A DNA stretch of 61,108 nucleotides from Elainellaceae cyanobacterium (lineage in GTDB: Bacteria > Cyanobacteriota > Cyanobacteriia > CAZCXK01): positions 1 to 61,108 of the forward strand of contig JBNPEG010000033.1 of NCBI GenBank assembly GCA_051117555.1, written 5' to 3'. Numbering within the stretch: the first letter of the stretch is position 1; every line of letters begins with the position of its first letter. The translations under genes and the position numbers were made by a program. The notes under the pieces are model-generated. The model made no database searches and was not told the origin of the DNA. It was given only the letters and a program-made list of their open reading frames with translations. Positions 51,423-61,108 of this stretch are shown piece after piece.

Positions 51423-51689
51423 ATGCCGTGGTTTGTCAAAATTGAAACAGGCATCGTCGATAAACCCACCTTCGATCGGTTTGTGCCTGCTCATAAGACC
51501 TATGTCCAGGAACTCGTTGCCAGCGGGCACGAAGCCAAGACGGGCTACTGGGCAGAGTTGGGTGGAGGCATGCTGTTATTCAAAGCAGCTAATCTAGAGG
51601 AAGCACGAGCGATCGTAGCAAACGATCCGCTCATCCAATCGGGGTGTGTTAACTATGAACTCCATGAGTGGTGCATCGTTGTCGAATAA
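51423..51689 (+). CDS. YciI-family protein
   Basis: MPWFVKIE, VPAH, GGGMLLF.A, DPLI. Confidence 0.88.
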   Translation: MPWFVKIETGIVDKPTFDRFVPAHKTYVQELVASGHEAKTGYWAELGGGMLLFKAANLEEARAIVANDPLIQSGCVNYELHEWCIVVE

Positions 51690-51835
51690 ACGCCAGATGA
51701 GGGACAGCAACATCACGATTAGAGTTGGCATCGATTTATAGTCTTTTACGACCCGCGTAAACCAGGCTACTCCCCCCTGTACCGCCCCGCCCTTAAAAAT
51801 TTTGGCAACCCATCCTTAGGAGGCAAGCAGCATCG

Positions 51836-52303
51836 ATGAGTGATTCTAGCAAGGGTTACAAAGTCATTAGTGACAATCGCCATGCACGATTTCAGTACGA
51901 AATTCTAGACACCTTTGAAGCAGGTATCGAACTTCAGGGCACCGAAGTTAAGTCGATTCGAGAAGGTCGAGTCAATCTCCGGGATGGATATGCGCTTATT
52001 CGCGACGATGAGGCGTGGCTGCTTAACGTCCATATCTCTCCCAATAAGAATGCAAGTCAGATTTTTAACCACGACCCTCGCCGGACTCGCAAACTATTGC
52101 TCCATCGCCAAGAAATCCGCAAGCTGATCGGTAGCGTTGAGCAAAAAGGGCTGACCCTAGTTCCCCTCAAAATGTACTTAAAGCGAGGCTGGATCAAAGT
52201 TACATTAGGGCTTGCCCGTGGTAAGAAACTCCACGACAAACGAGAAACCCTGAAGCGTAAACAGCAGGATCGTGAAATCCAACGAGCGCTTAAGAGTTAT
52301 TAG
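51836..52303 (+). CDS. smpB: SsrA-binding protein SmpB
   Basis: NRHARFQY, EAGIEL.GTEVKSIR, RTRKLLLH, GKKLHDKR. Confidence 0.97.
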   Translation: MSDSSKGYKVISDNRHARFQYEILDTFEAGIELQGTEVKSIREGRVNLRDGYALIRDDEAWLLNVHISPNKNASQIFNHDPRRTRKLLLHRQEIRKLIGSVEQKGLTLVPLKMYLKRGWIKVTLGLARGKKLHDKRETLKRKQQDREIQRALKSY

Positions 52304-52425
52304 GAAAGAGTTATTGGTACAAATCTCTTCGCCCCATCGCAGACCTTAAGGTACACTGCTGAAACCGCGCAGGCACCCTAACATGAGAACTGGTGCAGAA
52401 TATTTAACAAGGCTTGCTGAAATCT

Positions 52426-52722
52426 ATGGTAGATCAGACCACCCCGCAGAAAGTGACCTGTGCCCATGTCTTCATTTCGGGTCAGGTTCAAGGCGTTGGA
52501 TATCGGGCATCGACCTGGGACACGGCGAACCGGCTCAATCTGAATGGCTGGGTACGAAATCTCCGCGATGGCCGCGTAGAAGCCCTATTTGAAGGATCTG
52601 CGGACGCAATCGATAAAGTTTTACGCTGGTGCCACGAAGGGCCGCCGTCTGCCGTCGTCAATCATATTGAAGTTCAATACGAAGACCCTAAAGGACTCAA
52701 AAGCTTTGAGGTCGTTCGATAA
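52426..52722 (+). CDS. acyP: Acylphosphatase
   Basis: GQVQGVGYR, GWVRNL.DGRVE, GPPSA. Confidence 0.93.
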   Translation: MVDQTTPQKVTCAHVFISGQVQGVGYRASTWDTANRLNLNGWVRNLRDGRVEALFEGSADAIDKVLRWCHEGPPSAVVNHIEVQYEDPKGLKSFEVVR

Positions 52723-52896
52723 CCTCATAGCATTCACTCCATGTAGTCAGTTATTACTAAGTGATCCCGCCTTGAGAATGCGGTCATCTACGTTCCTCAC
52801 TATCTAACTAATTAGACAATCAAAACTTTTAACCCAAGCGAAGGACTTGTCTCCTATAGTTGTTAGTGAAGCGCACGAAAGGATCAGGAATTCATT

Positions 52897-53079
52897 ATGG
52901 CGTTATTTGGTTTAGGGTGGCCTGAAGTGGCTATCATTGGCGGAGTTGCCATCATCATCTTCGGGCCCAAAAAAATCCCTGAATTAGGGGGAGCTTTAGG
53001 CAAAACGCTGCGAGGGTTTAAGGAAGAAATGGACACTCCTTCTGATGAGATGGAGTTTGATGAAGACGAGCACGAGTAA
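52897..53079 (+). CDS. tatA: Twin-arginine translocase subunit TatA/E
   Basis: FGLGWPE...IFGPKKIPELG..LGKTLRGFKEE. Confidence 0.93.
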   Translation: MALFGLGWPEVAIIGGVAIIIFGPKKIPELGGALGKTLRGFKEEMDTPSDEMEFDEDEHE

Positions 53080-53140
53080 TTCGAGCCTCTTTTAGGATGG
53101 GCTTGTCGCGGAAATGGAGTGCAACAAGGTTCGTACTGAA

Positions 53141-55174
53141 TCACTCATTTCCTGGAAACGGTGACTCTTCCTCCAATGGAACAGGGGCTGGATCTGCCTC
53201 ATCAATCGATTCTGGTTGGATTCCAGCCGGAATATCAAGAGAATCTTCGACTGCGTTACTATTCTCTAGCCCGTGTTCCAGATCTAGCTCGTTTTCTCGT
53301 CTTACTTGGTTTGTCTCAGCGGGCTGGCTCGGGCTAATTTCCTCTGTGGCAATCAGCACGTTCATAACTGCCCTGGCCACAGGAGCGGCAACCGTACTCC
53401 CATATACATCCCCTCCTTTAGGTTCGTCTAACGCGACGAGGACGACATAGCGGGGATCTTCCATCGGAAGAATGCTAACAAAGCTAGTGATCACGGCGGC
53501 ATCATCATATACACCCTGTTCACCGACTTTTTGAGCAGTCCCAGTTTTGCCTGCGATTCGATACCCCGAAATCTGCGCAACCTCTCCGGTGCCATCTTCG
53601 ACAATTTGCTCCATCATGCCCAGAACAGTCTGAGCCGTCTGAGCTGAAAAGATGCGTTTAGGCTGGGGGCGATTGGGCTGCCATTGTCGAGTTCCATCTG
53701 GGGTATATAGCCCATCTACAACGTGGGGAATCGGCATCATCCCATTGTTGGCGAGCGTTGCGTGAAGCTGAATCAGCTGAATGGGAGTCAACGAAAACCC
53801 TTGGCCAAATGCGGCTGTTGCCGACTCAACGGCTGCTCCCGTAAATTGCTCTCGGCTCTTAAACTGACCCGCTGCTTCAGACGGCAAATCAACGCCGGTC
53901 GTTTCACCTACCCCTAATTGCTTGAGCCAGTCGTAAAAAACATCTGAATCAAGCTGCTGCATGATGCGAACCATGCCTACATTGCTAGAGTATTTCAAAA
54001 TGTCAGCCACGGTGACGTTGCCTCGCGCTCCCCAGTCTTCGTAGTCTGAGTTTTCGATGGGCCATCCACCTACGTCAATCCGTCCTTCATCGTAGAACAC
54101 ATCATTGGGGTGAACGGCTCCCGTTTCAAGGGCGATCGCCACGTTGAGGGGCTTAAATGTAGAACCGGGTTCATATAGGCCACTAATGCCCCAATTGCTA
54201 AGCTGGTCTAGCTCATAGCGAAAATACTCATTTGGATTGTAGGCAGGCTCTGTGACCATTGATAGAATCGAGCCATCCTGTACATCCATTACGACGACGA
54301 CGCCCTGTTTTGCACTAAAACTCTCAATTTGCTGTTGCAGTAGTATTCGGGTGGCTCGCTGCAACCGACTGTCTACCGTTAGTTTTAGCCGCTGATTGTC
54401 TTGATGCAATACCCATTCGGGCACATTATCCGGCATCATCGACCCGTCACCCATTCGCATCAAATCAACCGATTCTGTCGAACGCGCCAGCATCGTGTCT
54501 TGGCTATACTCCACCCCGGCCTGCCCATGCCGATCTAAGTTGACATATCCGACCACATGGGCAAAGAGATCATCTTGCGGATAGAGACGTTGCTGCTCTT
54601 GGACGAGTTCTAATCCATCAATTTCTAGGTCAGCGACGCGATCCGCCACGTCTTCGGTCAACGCATATTCCAACCGAATGCCGCTATCTTGAGCGCGAAA
54701 TGCCCTCAGCAAATCAGTTGGGGGACGATTGAGAACCGGAGCTAGCCGTTCGGCGATTTCGCTAGGCAAACTCTTGAAAAGATTGGGATGAGCATACAAG
54801 GTATAGACAAGCTGGTCGACTGCCAACACCGTTCCGTTGCGATCTAGGATGGGATAGCGAGGGACAAACGGCGTTACCGACACCATATGCTGGGCAGCCG
54901 CCCTTTCTTGAAGCTCCGGTGCATGGATGACTTGCAATATAAATAACCGGATTGCGAGAGCGACGGTGCTGAGTATCAATACGCCCCACACCAGTACTAG
55001 GCGGTTACGCGTTAGACGGGGATTGACACGTCGAACGGGGGCACGATGGGTACGACGATAATTGGGCTCAGACGGTAGCCGTCGTGCCTTTCGAGACACA
55101 TTACTCTGACGAGATGATGATAAAGGCGATCGCCCTCTTCTTGTCCCGGCATGGCGGTGGATTCGATCATCCAT
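53141..55174 (-). CDS. ftsI: Class B penicillin-binding protein (FtsI/PBP2 family)
   Basis: One TM; ILDRNG; R.YP; YEPGSTFK (SxxK); SSN; KTGTAQ. Confidence 0.88.
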   Translation of the reverse strand: MDDRIHRHAGTRRGRSPLSSSRQSNVSRKARRLPSEPNYRRTHRAPVRRVNPRLTRNRLVLVWGVLILSTVALAIRLFILQVIHAPELQERAAAQHMVSVTPFVPRYPILDRNGTVLAVDQLVYTLYAHPNLFKSLPSEIAERLAPVLNRPPTDLLRAFRAQDSGIRLEYALTEDVADRVADLEIDGLELVQEQQRLYPQDDLFAHVVGYVNLDRHGQAGVEYSQDTMLARSTESVDLMRMGDGSMMPDNVPEWVLHQDNQRLKLTVDSRLQRATRILLQQQIESFSAKQGVVVVMDVQDGSILSMVTEPAYNPNEYFRYELDQLSNWGISGLYEPGSTFKPLNVAIALETGAVHPNDVFYDEGRIDVGGWPIENSDYEDWGARGNVTVADILKYSSNVGMVRIMQQLDSDVFYDWLKQLGVGETTGVDLPSEAAGQFKSREQFTGAAVESATAAFGQGFSLTPIQLIQLHATLANNGMMPIPHVVDGLYTPDGTRQWQPNRPQPKRIFSAQTAQTVLGMMEQIVEDGTGEVAQISGYRIAGKTGTAQKVGEQGVYDDAAVITSFVSILPMEDPRYVVLVALDEPKGGDVYGSTVAAPVARAVMNVLIATEEISPSQPAETNQVRRENELDLEHGLENSNAVEDSLDIPAGIQPESIDEADPAPVPLEEESPFPGNE

Positions 55175-55230
55175 AGCGCTAACCTGCCCTTAAAGTCGAC
55201 TAAAAATTCGTCAAAAAAACTTGTCTACTA

Positions 55231-55812
55231 TCAATATCCAACCGGGCGATCGATCGTGATGGGTGAGAGTGAAGGTTCGGGATCAGCAAGAGGATTTTGT
55301 GGCCGCGTCGGCGCTGGACGCACAAACATATTGGTGTCAGGACCAGGTAAACGTAATCCCGACTCCGAACGTTCTGCCTGCCGAGCACTCTCGTTTTTGA
55401 GCATCTCATTGGCAGTCGTCAAGTCTCGCTCATTCCGCTGTAGAGTCTGCAATTTCTGATATTGATGGCTCCAAAGCTGCTGAGAGAATACAGTCCATCC
55501 ATACACACCTAATACAGCCGCCACCATCAGAATCATGATTGACATCGAACTCCGCTGAGCTGCTACAAGCAGAGTGAGCCATTGGGGCACGCGAGAACTC
55601 GGCAATGTCTGAACGCTCGAACGCTGCTCACGACGCCGAGACGAGGCCATCGTCGAGTGAACCGGACGCGACACAGACGATCGACGACGCTTAGAAGATG
55701 GATGCAATCTAGATGGCTGAGCTAGGGCAATGGGGTGGGGTTGAGAATGCGGAGAAAATTCCCCTCGGATGGGTTGGTGATCAAAAGTTTGAAACTTGAG
55801 GGCAGGCGACAT
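55231..55812 (-). CDS. FtsL-like single-TM coiled-coil protein
   Basis: TM helix followed by coiled coil LQRNERDLTTANEMLK; directly upstream of ftsI. Confidence 0.65.
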   Translation of the reverse strand: MSPALKFQTFDHQPIRGEFSPHSQPHPIALAQPSRLHPSSKRRRSSVSRPVHSTMASSRRREQRSSVQTLPSSRVPQWLTLLVAAQRSSMSIMILMVAAVLGVYGWTVFSQQLWSHQYQKLQTLQRNERDLTTANEMLKNESARQAERSESGLRLPGPDTNMFVRPAPTRPQNPLADPEPSLSPITIDRPVGY

Positions 55813-56148
55813 TTAATTTACTCCTTCAGCCACAGCGATCGCTCCAGTTTGTCAGTATGCACACTTCACTATACCCTTAACAATTTGCGAATTAACTCCC
55901 CCCAACATGAGAGAATTCGCGATTTGGCAGCATTTCTAGCACTGCGATAACACAACTCATTTGAGAATTTCAAACATTTTGCCCAATGCAATTGAGTCAA
56001 GATTAACTAACTCGTGGTCATTCGCAAGAGAGTTCACTAAATTCTTCAAAATTTTTATTCTCTTACTCTTAAAGATGCGTCTATTGTCACCTGCAAAACT
56101 GGATTTTGTCAGGGCACATTTGATCAAACATCAGACAACTATCAGATC

Positions 56149-56178
56149 AAAAAAGGACCGGGCATCGCCCAGTCCTTT
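56149..56178 (-). terminator. Rho-independent terminator
   Basis: Minus strand AAAGGACTGGGCGATGCCCGGTCCTTTTTT, downstream of 56224-56625. Confidence 0.7.
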
Positions 56179-56223
56179 CATTCAGTCCATCAATCTAGAC
56201 CTATATCTCAGCGACAAAGACCG

Positions 56224-56625
56224 CTATTTCTTACGAATGTCGCGTGCCATATTTCGGAACATATCCATGCTGGTGTCACTTCGACGACGCTGGTCTGTTT
56301 TGTCCTCTTCCTTAAACGTGGGTTGAGGAGCAGAATTATTAGTTGAAACCGGCTGACCAAACGTCGGGGGCGTCTCCCGATTGGGTGACCCGTCTTCCAT
56401 GGCAGACACGTTTTTCGTGAGCGAAAACTCGCCTTGATTGGTCTTCGTCTTGGGGAATGTCCGCTTCACCGACTTTGCCGTTTTCATGTAGTCGATATCG
56501 CCAAACGTTTTGGCATCATCAGAATCGAGAAAATAGGCTTTGGGCTTCTTGGCAGCGGTGTTTGCGTTCTCGCCAGCCCCTTGCTTGCGTTTTGAACCGA
56601 ATAAACCTCTGATAAATCCTGTCAT
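56224..56625 (-). CDS. Conserved cyanobacterial hypothetical protein
   Basis: AYFLD.DDAKTFGDIDYM...RTFPK and MDMFRNMARDI motifs; has its own terminator. Confidence 0.75.
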   Translation of the reverse strand: MTGFIRGLFGSKRKQGAGENANTAAKKPKAYFLDSDDAKTFGDIDYMKTAKSVKRTFPKTKTNQGEFSLTKNVSAMEDGSPNRETPPTFGQPVSTNNSAPQPTFKEEDKTDQRRRSDTSMDMFRNMARDIRKK

Positions 56626-56763
56626 TGGATGATCTATGACCCTTTGGAAATGAACGTCTGCGACAATTAAGCTATATTAATAATTATTACAAAAACCTAT
56701 CAGAAAAACAACTCAATCGAATCTTTTCGCCACTATTTCTCCCCGTTTAGGCGACATTCGTCT

Positions 56764-56902
56764 GGGTGCATGTCACTTTTGTAGCCCTCACCCTAAATCC
56801 CTCTCCCAAAGCGGGAGAGGGACTTCAATCCGGCTCCCCTTCTCCCAAGCAGGGAGAAGGGGTTGGGGGATGAGGGCAAATTTGCAAAGGTGACATGTTC
56901 CC
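56764..56902. mobile_element. 139-bp MITE with ISKra4-like TIRs, 9-bp TSD and an internal REP-like element
   Basis: TIRs GGGTGCATGTCACTTTTG / CAAAGGTGACATGTTCCC; perfect direct repeat CATTCGTCT at 56755-56763 and 56903-56911. Confidence 0.9.
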
Positions 56903-56919
56903 CATTCGTCTTGAGTCAA

Positions 56920-57924
56920 TTACGATAGCGGCACCCATAAATCTACGATGATTGGCAAGTGATCAGACCCGACTGGATGCCCAGTTCGCATGGCTTTAAC
57001 TTGAATTGTCGGGCTAACGAGGCAGTGATCAATTGGGATTTGAACGAATGGATAGATCAATGTTCCGGTCTGAGGAAAAGCAGCATCTACAGGCCATGTA
57101 GGCAATAGTCCAATACCCCGCCGCGTGTTTTTGAGCGGCATCGTCTGAATCAGGCGCTGATAGAAAGGCGACCACATGGTGATATTGAAATCGCCTGCCA
57201 CAATGAATGGTGGATCGCTCTCCATTAAATACTGCTGAATTTCGTTTAGCTGGCGGTTGCGGATATGCAGCAGGCTTGATCGAATGGGCGGCGGTGGATG
57301 GACGGCGATGAGCCGAACGGACTGATTGGCGATCGCCACCGTCGTGACCACACTCGATTCTTGATCAGTGCCCCATGGCTCAGCGGATGTGTTAGACAAC
57401 GGTGTTCGGCTGTAGACCGCCACACCTCGATTGTAAGAATCTGGCTGCTGAGCAGCGTATGGGAACAGGTCGTCTAGAGATTGAAGCTGCTGTATCCAGG
57501 CATCATCCGCCTCAATAAAAATTGCGATATCAGGCTGCTCTGCCTGCACCAGTTGGATGGTCTCTTGATAGTGATGATTTTGCGCATTGACATTGACCGA
57601 AAGCACTCTCAACGCATAGCCATGAGTCAGCGGAGTGGCATCAGACAGGGGGACATACCACGGCAAAATCGGGATCAGTTGGATGCCCAGGCATGCAACT
57701 GCGACATAAATCAGCCATCGTCGGGCGATCGCACTTAAGAGTCCACCTAAAATCAGAGTAGTCGCGAAATACTGAAGCTGAAAGTGCGACAGTAGCTCTA
57801 TTGGAAAAATCAGTCCGTAGTAGCGGGACAGTGATAGGAGTGTCAACGCAACAACACTGACGACTAACACCCGTGACGCGAGTATCCAATGCGGGCGAGT
57901 TTGGCGAGGAGGTTGAGGATTCAT
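56920..57924 (-). CDS. Endonuclease/exonuclease/phosphatase-family membrane protein
   Basis: N-terminal TMs; SVNV; IE; GDFN; TWP; IDH; GSDHLPI. Confidence 0.9.
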   Translation of the reverse strand: MNPQPPRQTRPHWILASRVLVVSVVALTLLSLSRYYGLIFPIELLSHFQLQYFATTLILGGLLSAIARRWLIYVAVACLGIQLIPILPWYVPLSDATPLTHGYALRVLSVNVNAQNHHYQETIQLVQAEQPDIAIFIEADDAWIQQLQSLDDLFPYAAQQPDSYNRGVAVYSRTPLSNTSAEPWGTDQESSVVTTVAIANQSVRLIAVHPPPPIRSSLLHIRNRQLNEIQQYLMESDPPFIVAGDFNITMWSPFYQRLIQTMPLKNTRRGIGLLPTWPVDAAFPQTGTLIYPFVQIPIDHCLVSPTIQVKAMRTGHPVGSDHLPIIVDLWVPLS

Positions 57925-58055
57925 ACAATTCTTGTGCGCACATTCGATATTAGCGTGACCTCAAATGTTGCACGTCAAATGTTGCACGTCCCCAGAATGC
58001 GCTACTTTATCCACTAGTCAGATTGCGATCGCCCACTCGTTTCCCTTGCTGTGCC

Positions 58056-60752
58056 ATGACTGATTCGTTGCCTGCATCTGCTAACCCCATTCATGACTTG
58101 CCAGAACGCTTAATCAAACATACGGTTCGATATGCCGATTATCGAGCTGTCAACCGGGATGACTTAACGCCCATGTTTCAGCAATATGTGGACGTTAAGG
58201 ATCAGTATCCTCATGCGATCGTGCTGTATCGCATTGGCGATTTTTTTGAAACGTTTTTCCAGGATGCGATCGCAGTTTCTCGCGAGCTCGAACTGGTGCT
58301 CACGAGTAAAGAAGCAGGCAAAGAGATTGGTCGAGTGCCGCTGGCAGGCATTCCCCATCATGCCCTAGAGCGCTACTGTGCCCAGCTCGTCGAAAAGGGC
58401 TTTGCGATCGCCATTTGCGACCAGGTTGAAGATGCCTCAGAAAAGCAAGGGCAACTGGTTCGACGCGCAATTACCCGCGTGATTACCCCTGGCACTGTCC
58501 TCGAAGACGGCATGTTAGAGGCCCGACGTAATAACTTTTTGGTTGCTGTGGTCATTGCCGGAACCCACTGGGGCTTAGCCTATGCGGATGTTTCGACGGG
58601 AGAGTTTCTGACGACTCAGTCAAGTCAGCTCGACCAGCTCACGCAAGAACTGATGCGCCTGCAACCGTCTGAGGTCTTGGTGCCCACCAATGCGCCCGAT
58701 CTGGGTGGATTGCTGCGCCCCGGAGAACCGTCGGATCATCTGCCGGATTGCTTGCCCCCCAGTTTTTGCTATACCCTGCGATCGCAAACGCCGTTTAATC
58801 AAAGCGAAGCCCGGCAGCGGCTATTAGAAAAATTTCGCGTGCGATCGCTGGAAGGATTGGGCTGCGAACATTTACCTCTAGCCGTTCGAGCCGCAGGAGG
58901 GCTGTTGCAGTATTTAGACGACACCCAAAAAGATAATCAGGTGCTGCTTCAGCCACCTTGCACCTACACACTCACCGAATATCTCGTCCTCGACCACCAA
59001 ACGCGCCGCAATCTCGAAATCACCCAAACTGCACGAGATGGCACCTTTCACGGATCAGTATTGTGGGCGCTCGATCGCACCGTTACGGCAATGGGAGGCC
59101 GCGCTCTGCGTCGCTGGCTGCTCCAACCCCTGTTAGATCACGATCAAATTCAGGCGCGGCAAGCCACGATTCACGAACTGATTGCAAACGGAGCACTGCG
59201 CCAACACCTCCAGCAGCTTCTTCGGCAGATCTACGACCTCGAACGACTGACCGGGCGCGCCGGTTCGGGAACTGCAAACGCCCGCGACTTAGTTGCCCTC
59301 GCCGATTCGTTAGAAAAGCTCCCTGATTTAGCATGGCTGGTAGGCGAGGCCACCTCACCCCACCTGGTTGCGTTGCAGCACGTCTCTCCTGAATTAGACC
59401 AGCTCGGGCAATATCTCAACGCGCATCTCGTTGATACGCCTCCCCTTTATCTAACCGAGGGCAATCTGATTCGGTCAGGGGTGAATGCCCAACTTGACGA
59501 TATGCGCCACCGAATTGAAGACGACCAGCAGTGGATCGCCCGACTCGAACCGATTGAACGAGAGCGCACGGGGATCGCCAATCTCAAGGTCGGCTTCAAC
59601 AAAACATTTGGCTACTACATCAGCATCTCGCGCGCCAAGGCCGATCAAGCTCCTGATGACTACGTTCGCAAACAAACCCTCACGAATGAAGAACGCTATA
59701 TCACCATCGAGCTTAAAGAACGTGAAAATCGGTTGCTCAGCGCCCGCGATGAGATCAACAAGCTAGAGTACGAGATTTTTTCAGGGTTAAGAGACGAGGT
59801 CGCTCGGCATGCCGACTCGATTCGCACGGTTGCCCAGGCGATCGCAGCAGTCGATGTGCTCTCAGGGCTGGCCGAAGTCGCTATCTATCAGGGCTATTGT
59901 TGTCCTCAAATGGTGCCCACCCGCGAAATCACTATCCTTGACGGTCGTCATCCTGTCGTTGAGCAGTCGCTGCCCGCTGGATTTTTTGTCCCCAATTCGA
60001 CCGAGCTGGGTGCCGGGAGTCATGAGATAGAACCCCCCGACCTCCCCTCGCCCCCTGACCTGATCATCCTCACCGGCCCTAACGCCAGCGGAAAGAGCTG
60101 CTATCTTCGACAGGTGGGGTTGATTCAACTGATGGCACAAATTGGCAGTTTCGTGCCTGCGCGATCGGCAGTCTTGGGCGTGTGCGATCGCATCTTTACT
60201 CGCGTCGGCGCCGTCGATGATTTGGCAACCGGGCAATCCACCTTCATGGTTGAAATGAACGAAACTGCCAATATTCTCAACCATGCGACGCCTGCGTCTC
60301 TGGTGCTGCTCGATGAGATTGGTCGAGGCACGGCCACCTTTGACGGGCTGTCGATTGCGTGGGCAGTCGCCGAACACCTCGCAACCGAGATTCGAGCCCG
60401 AACGATCTTCGCCACCCACTATCACGAACTCAACGAACTAGCATCGATGTTGGGCAATATCGCTAACTATCAGGTAACGGTGAAAGAAATGCCCGACCAA
60501 ATTATCTTTTTGCACAAAGTGCGCCCCGGTGGTGCCGATCGCTCCTACGGTATCGAAGCGGGACGACTTGCAGGGCTACCCAAGTCGGTCATTCAGCGCG
60601 CCAAACAGGTGATGACTCAAATTGAGAAACACTCTCACATTGCAGTCGGGCTGAGGCAAGGAGGTGCCAGACTAAATTCGTCACCCAAAAACGGCAAAGG
60701 GAAACGCGTGCAAGACCCGACTCCGACTGACCAGCTTGATATCTTTGGATAA
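58056..60752 (+). CDS. mutS: DNA mismatch repair protein MutS
   Basis: [53 protein letters not shown]. Confidence 0.98.
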   Translation: MTDSLPASANPIHDLPERLIKHTVRYADYRAVNRDDLTPMFQQYVDVKDQYPHAIVLYRIGDFFETFFQDAIAVSRELELVLTSKEAGKEIGRVPLAGIPHHALERYCAQLVEKGFAIAICDQVEDASEKQGQLVRRAITRVITPGTVLEDGMLEARRNNFLVAVVIAGTHWGLAYADVSTGEFLTTQSSQLDQLTQELMRLQPSEVLVPTNAPDLGGLLRPGEPSDHLPDCLPPSFCYTLRSQTPFNQSEARQRLLEKFRVRSLEGLGCEHLPLAVRAAGGLLQYLDDTQKDNQVLLQPPCTYTLTEYLVLDHQTRRNLEITQTARDGTFHGSVLWALDRTVTAMGGRALRRWLLQPLLDHDQIQARQATIHELIANGALRQHLQQLLRQIYDLERLTGRAGSGTANARDLVALADSLEKLPDLAWLVGEATSPHLVALQHVSPELDQLGQYLNAHLVDTPPLYLTEGNLIRSGVNAQLDDMRHRIEDDQQWIARLEPIERERTGIANLKVGFNKTFGYYISISRAKADQAPDDYVRKQTLTNEERYITIELKERENRLLSARDEINKLEYEIFSGLRDEVARHADSIRTVAQAIAAVDVLSGLAEVAIYQGYCCPQMVPTREITILDGRHPVVEQSLPAGFFVPNSTELGAGSHEIEPPDLPSPPDLIILTGPNASGKSCYLRQVGLIQLMAQIGSFVPARSAVLGVCDRIFTRVGAVDDLATGQSTFMVEMNETANILNHATPASLVLLDEIGRGTATFDGLSIAWAVAEHLATEIRARTIFATHYHELNELASMLGNIANYQVTVKEMPDQIIFLHKVRPGGADRSYGIEAGRLAGLPKSVIQRAKQVMTQIEKHSHIAVGLRQGGARLNSSPKNGKGKRVQDPTPTDQLDIFG

Positions 60753-60859
60753 GGATAAGTGGTTTGCCTGGGCAATGCAGAGCATGAGGTCTCGGCGTCT
60801 CTACCGTGAGGAAACACGCGGGGCGATCGCACGTCCATGAAAGTCTCGACGCTTGATTG

Positions 60860-61080
60860 ACTGTGCGGGCGTTGGCGGAGCCTGCCTTTAGGCTTACGGT
60901 CGCTCCCCTCTGCGAAGATCTGTAAATTGGATCTAGAGAATTGATAAGTAGGTGGGCGGAATCAAATGTAGGATGGGTTATCGATAGCGTAACCCATGCG
61001 GGCGTTGGGTTATTGCCTTCGGCAAGGCTGCGCCTTTCTTGAATGCCCCTTGGGCTATACGTACCTCAACCCAACCTTGT
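60860..61080. repeat. Cluster of nested REP/SDR-like palindromes and a MITE-like end
   Basis: TAAGTAGGTGGGCGGAATCAAAT end; GTAGGATGGGTTA..TAACCCAT; GTTGGGTT...AACCCAAC; TGCCTTCGGCA; TGCGGGCGTTGG occurs twice. Confidence 0.6.
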
Positions 61081-61108
61081 ATATAAGCGGTACGCCCCTC
61101 GGATTTAT

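Noticed and set aside
51690..52420. tmRNA next to smpB
   Set aside because: No tRNA-like ends or tag reading frame visible.
55735..56326. ORFs 55735-55950 and 55961-56326
   Set aside because: Non-ATG starts, span promoter/terminator DNA antisense to real genes, no recognisable motifs.
60810..60816. Yfr2-like sRNA motif GGAAACA
   Set aside because: Single isolated heptamer without supporting structure.
242..60838. Numerous 60-190-aa antisense or alternate-frame ORFs inside well-supported genes
   Set aside because: Shadow ORFs with no motifs or RBS support.

Overview
61-kb chromosomal window from a cyanobacterium. Evidence: dense HIP1 GCGATCGC (often GGCGATCGCC), the NDH-1(3) CO2-uptake operon, and cruF/cruG/crtO. 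A filamentous Leptolyngbya/Oculatellaceae-like strain is likely, but that is inference only. Most of the window is housekeeping: agcS, ROK kinase, leuS, sigG plus anti-sigma, crtO, ndhF3-ndhD3-cupA-cupS, glgA, the cofE-like/GNAT/ruvX/DUF3727/mltG/yqeG/proB cluster, cruF-cruG-ZIP, wzc-wza, smpB, tatA, ftsL-like/ftsI and mutS. An accessory stretch (about 10-27 kb) holds Uma2 genes, a decayed TPR/ATPase pair, an IS1595 relic, an NB-ARC ATPase coupled to a kinase-WD40 gene, and a cyanobacteriochrome/LOV-like histidine kinase next to a REC-GGDEF-EAL gene. Most notable non-obvious signals: (1) a candidate four-way-junction RNA with SAM-riboswitch-clan-like core motifs and a mutually exclusive alternative pairing, upstream of the GNAT-ruvX operon; (2) an NLR-like ATPase lacking its own WD40 sensor, translationally coupled to a kinase-WD40 gene; (3) several MITE families, including one with a 9-bp TSD whose ends match an ISKra4-like element at the window edge, and a chimeric MITE; (4) REP-like palindromes heading both Uma2 arrays; (5) NdhR-type and ECF/SigG-type regulatory sites. 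No CRISPR array, rRNA or tRNA was seen. All calls come from reading the sequence; no database search was run.
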